The notes beneath the pieces were generated by a model. That model was not told the DNA's origin. It did no database searches and saw nothing but the letters and a program-made list of their open reading frames with translations. A stretch of 64,000 bases of DNA from Cetorhinus maximus (taxonomy: Eukaryota), in NCBI RefSeq assembly GCF_964194155.1, contig NC_135888.1, forward strand, positions 134,850,001 through 134,914,000, read 5' to 3'. This document shows, piece by piece, positions 60,561-64,000 of this stretch (position 1 is the first letter of the stretch; every line of letters begins with the position of its first letter). A program made the position numbers and the translations under genes.

Positions 60561-61321
60561 TGAAGTTGGATAAGATCAGTATGACCAACTGCCTGCTGCA
60601 CTACAGTGATTGCCACATTACTATCTCCTATAGCCAGATCATTACTCAGAATAACATCTACCCCTCCAAAAGGCGATTTAGGAATAATTCTCACTGTAAC
60701 AATTCCATTTGAAAAGTGACTTTGTAAGTTGACCCGACACAAAGAAACAGGTTCATAAATTCCATTAATACCCTTTAGTAATATTTTTCCCTTCATAAAA
60801 CTATCCTGAACAAAAATTGTATCATTGGCCACCATCAATAATTGTTCTGCCCCAGTATCTCAAAATTTCAATCTGTTTACTTATTTTAGTGCAGGAGTAA
60901 GGGAACAGTTATCTCTTTGAGACAAAACATCCAGAACCTCTCATTGCCTGATTTCCTTCACCAGTAATCAAATAAAACTTCTCTGGACTACCTTGAACAA
61001 TGTTCCCCTTTCCTGTATGTACGAAGGAAAACGTTTCACTTGTACCACTGCTACAGTTTTAACAACCATTTTCTTTTCTGATGCAACCTTTCCAGAGGAT
61101 TCCTTTGGTATTCCTGCTACTGTAATATGTCTACCACTTAATTGTCAGCAATCTGCCCGAACATGTCCCACCTTGTTACAATGGAAACAGTTAGGCTTCT
61201 GAATATCACTTCCACTCTCAGCACCTTCTTTTGTGGTCTAAGAAGAGATTTCCTGAGAATGCACAGCTGTCCCTTCTATTCTCTGGCTCTGTGCCTTCCT
61301 TTTACCTTCCCATCTTCTATC

Positions 61322-62525
61322 CCTGGTTCAAACATGGACAAAGGAGCTGAAATCCCGAGGTGAGGTGAGAGTGACTGCCCTTGACATCAAGGCAGCATTT
61401 GATCGAGTGTGGCATCAAGGAGCCTTAGCAAAACTGGAGTCAATGGGAATCAGGGGGAAAGCTCTCCAGTGGTTGGAGTCATACCTAGCACAAAGGAAGA
61501 TGTTTGTGGTTGCAAGAGGTCAGTCATCTCAGTTCCAGGACATCACTGCAGGAGTTCCTCAAGGTAGTGTCCTAGGCCCAAACATCTTCAGCTGCTTCAT
61601 CAATGACCTTCCTTCCATCTTATGGTCAGAAGTGGGGATGTTCACAGGTAATTGCACAATGTTCAGCACCATTCATGACCCCTCAGATACTGAAGCAGTC
61701 CATGTCCAAATGCAACAAGACCTGGGCAATATCCAGGCTTGGGCTGACAAGTGGCAAGTAACATTAGCGCCATACAAGTGTTAGGCAATGACCATCTCCA
61801 ACAAGAGAGAACCTAACCATCGCCCCTTGATGTTCAATGGCATTACCATCACTGAATCCCCCAATATCAACCTCTTGGGAGTTACCATTGACTAGAAACT
61901 GAGCTGGTCTAGCCATTTAACTATTGTGGTTACAAGAGCAGGTCAGAGGTTCGGAATTGTGCGATGAGTAACTTTCCTCCTGACTCCCCAAAGCCTGTCC
62001 ATGATTTACAAGGCACGTCAGGAGTGTGATTAAATACTCCCCAATTGCCTGGACGAGTGCAGCTCCCACAACACCGTAGAAGCTGGACGCCTTCCAGGAC
62101 AAAGCAGTCAGCTTGATTGGCACCACATCCACAAAAATTCACTCCTTGCGCCACTGACACACTGTAGCAGCAGTGCCTACCATCTACAAGGTGCACTGCA
62201 GGAATTCACCAAGGCTCCTTAGGCAGCATTTTCCAACCCCACGAGCACTACCGCCTAGAAGGACAAGGGCAGCAGAAAGATGGGAACACCACCACCTGGA
62301 AGTTCCCCTCCAAGTAACTCACATCCCTGACATGGAAATATATCACTGTTCCTTCACTGTCACTGGATCAAAACTCTGGAACTCCCTTTCTAACAGCACT
62401 GTGGGTGCACTTACACCACATGGACTTCAGCGGTTCAAGAAGGCAGCTCACCACCTTATCAAGTGCAACTAGGGAAGGGCAATATATGCTGGCCCAGCCA
62501 GCGAAGTCTGCATCCCGATAATGAA
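61322..62525 (+). mobile_element. LINE family A inserted in the Gypsy gag
   Basis: ORF 61365..61784 ALDIKAAFDRVWH..GVPQGSVLGP..FINDL; 3' tail present. Confidence 0.92.
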
Positions 62526-62989
62526 ACAAAATTCTTCTCAGGTTTATTGGGATGATGGAAAAAGGGTTTAGATTGATGGACCAGCTAATAACGGCCTGCC
62601 ACCTCCGCTGCCTGTCTAGTTGTTTTAACCCTCTGCTCTTCATCATAGGTTGTAACTATAGGAGGAAGTAAATCTTTAAATTCTTCCAAGATAATTATTT
62701 CCCTAAGAGTTTCATACTTTGCCTCGACCTGAAATTCCCTTATCCAACGGCAAAATTACTTTTCTTACCCTCTTAAGCTCAATATATGTCTGCCTAGGCT
62801 GTTTCCTTGCATTCCTAAATTTCTGCCTCTATGCATATATAACTCAGCCGTACTCAGAATAGCCTTTTTTGCTGCATCATGATCCACAGAAGCCCCTTCT
62901 GACAGCGATGCATAAACCTCACGAGCTCTACCTACCAACCAACTCTGTAAAAGTGATGTCCAGATTTCTTTTGGCTACTTCATTAGCTT

Positions 62990-63315
62990 AGCAATGGTTT
63001 AGTGGTATTGTTGCTGGACCTGTAATACAGAGACCCCGGGTAATGCTTTAGGGACCCGAGTTCAAATCCTGCCACAGCAGAGCTCAATAAAAATCTGGAG
63101 TTAAAAGCCCAATGATGACCATAAAACCATTGCCGATTGTTGTAAAGACTCATCTGGTTCACTAATGTCCTTTAGGGAAGCAGATCTGCTGTCCATGGCT
63201 GGCTTGGCCTACATGTGACTCCAGACCCAAAGCAATGTGGTTGACTCTTAATTGCCCTCTGAACAAGGGGAATTTGGGATGAACAATAAATGCTTGCCTC
63301 GTCAGCCACCTCTTC
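62990..63315 (+). mobile_element. tRNA-derived SINE inserted in the Gypsy gag
   Basis: Head tggtttagtggta..gagttcaaatcc; body catctggttcactaatgtcctttaggg; family-A-like tail. Confidence 0.85.
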
Positions 63316-64000
63316 AAATGCGATAAAGAATGCCTATACACACCTTTCCTCAAACTTTGGGAGAGCTTGCACAGACTTAAACATCTCACCACTGGGCGTT
63401 GGGTTTGAGGTTTTCTCATCATCAGAACCTTCCTCAGCATCTTAGGTCTCCTTTTTAACTTCCAGCCTTCTAAGCTGGTGTTCCATTTCTTGTTGCTTGT
63501 CTCTTGCCTGAACTTTCAGTTCCAGCTTCCTAAATGCACATTCTTTGTCTGTTTCAACCCTTTATCTTTCTTTTTTTTGCATCCAATTCAATTTTTTGAG
63601 TTCATTTTCATGTTCAACTTGCTTCATTCGCAACTGGAATTTAGCCAATTGAACTGGTTCACCCACTGGAGAACGTGCTCTCTATTATATCCTTTCCTGT
63701 TTCATATGCTGTGTTATTATCCCAACTATGTCTGCTTTATTCGCCCTTTTGCATAATTCTAACTCCAGTTTATCCACCAATTCCATTAGCTTTCTCTTGG
63801 CTAATTTCTGTAAATCAGCCATGGTTACACTTTGCATCTGTAAAAATGCCTCAGCAACCTCCAGGGGCATTTCGAATTCCAACCCATATTACAGACCTCA
63901 CCGCAACTCAAATTCCCATGTCCAGTACCTCTGTACCTCCACGTACTCGTTTTAAGCATTCACAGACCCCGCCAATGTTCAAGGATTTCCACCCCCAACT

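Larger units (their letters stand above)
58470..64000 (-). mobile_element. Decayed Gypsy/Gmr1-clade LTR retrotransposon (gag-CCHC-PR-[TPR-like insert]-IN remnant; no RT seen), 5' end beyond the window
   Basis: Minus strand: Gag N-terminus (63685..63882), capsid motifs ..RQKFRN and IIILEEFKDLLP..EEQRVKT..AAEVA (62590-62850), CFHCNKVGHVRADC (61148-61189), frameshifted ILR/DTGAEQ (about 60840-60870) and GVDVILSNDLA protease, weak integrase traces (59420-59950), PPT aagaggggggg (59369-59379). The 3' LTR end is uncertain. Confidence 0.8.

Noticed and set aside
56600-64000. Pcdh constant exons or a sixth variable exon
   Set aside because: No CSE, cadherin motif or recognisable alpha/gamma constant-exon peptide; the region is TE-derived.
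1-64000. CRISPR arrays, tRNA/rRNA genes, prokaryotic systems
   Set aside because: Eukaryotic locus; no spaced repeat arrays; tRNA-like boxes belong to SINE heads.

Overview
Vertebrate, TE-rich genomic DNA. The repeat families and protocadherin type point to a cartilaginous fish (shark); this is an inference. The window lies inside a clustered protocadherin (Pcdh) array with five tandem + strand large exons of about 2.4 kb, spaced 10.7-12.7 kb apart. Each encodes a signal peptide, six cadherin (EC) repeats, a TM segment and a short cytoplasmic tail, and each has its own CGCT-box/CSE promoter about 250 bp upstream. Copy 2 carries a single nonsense codon at codon 32. Intergenic DNA is filled with decayed CR1, CR1-group, L2 and Penelope-like retroelements, SINEs, a solo LTR and, at the right end, a minus-strand Gmr1-type Gypsy LTR retrotransposon. 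Most notable: (1) the Gypsy element carries an intronless ~145-aa segment resembling the N-terminal coiled coil of the nuclear-basket nucleoporin TPR, between protease and integrase; (2) all five Pcdh ORFs stop at the same homologous position, and candidate splice donors lie downstream of the stop, suggesting splicing to non-coding constant exon(s); (3) every promoter has a perfect TTATTGGT-N23-ACCAATAA inverted CCAAT pair overlapping the CTCF-type CSE. Repeat boundaries are by-eye estimates (+/- tens of bp). Family names come from recalled motifs, not database searches.
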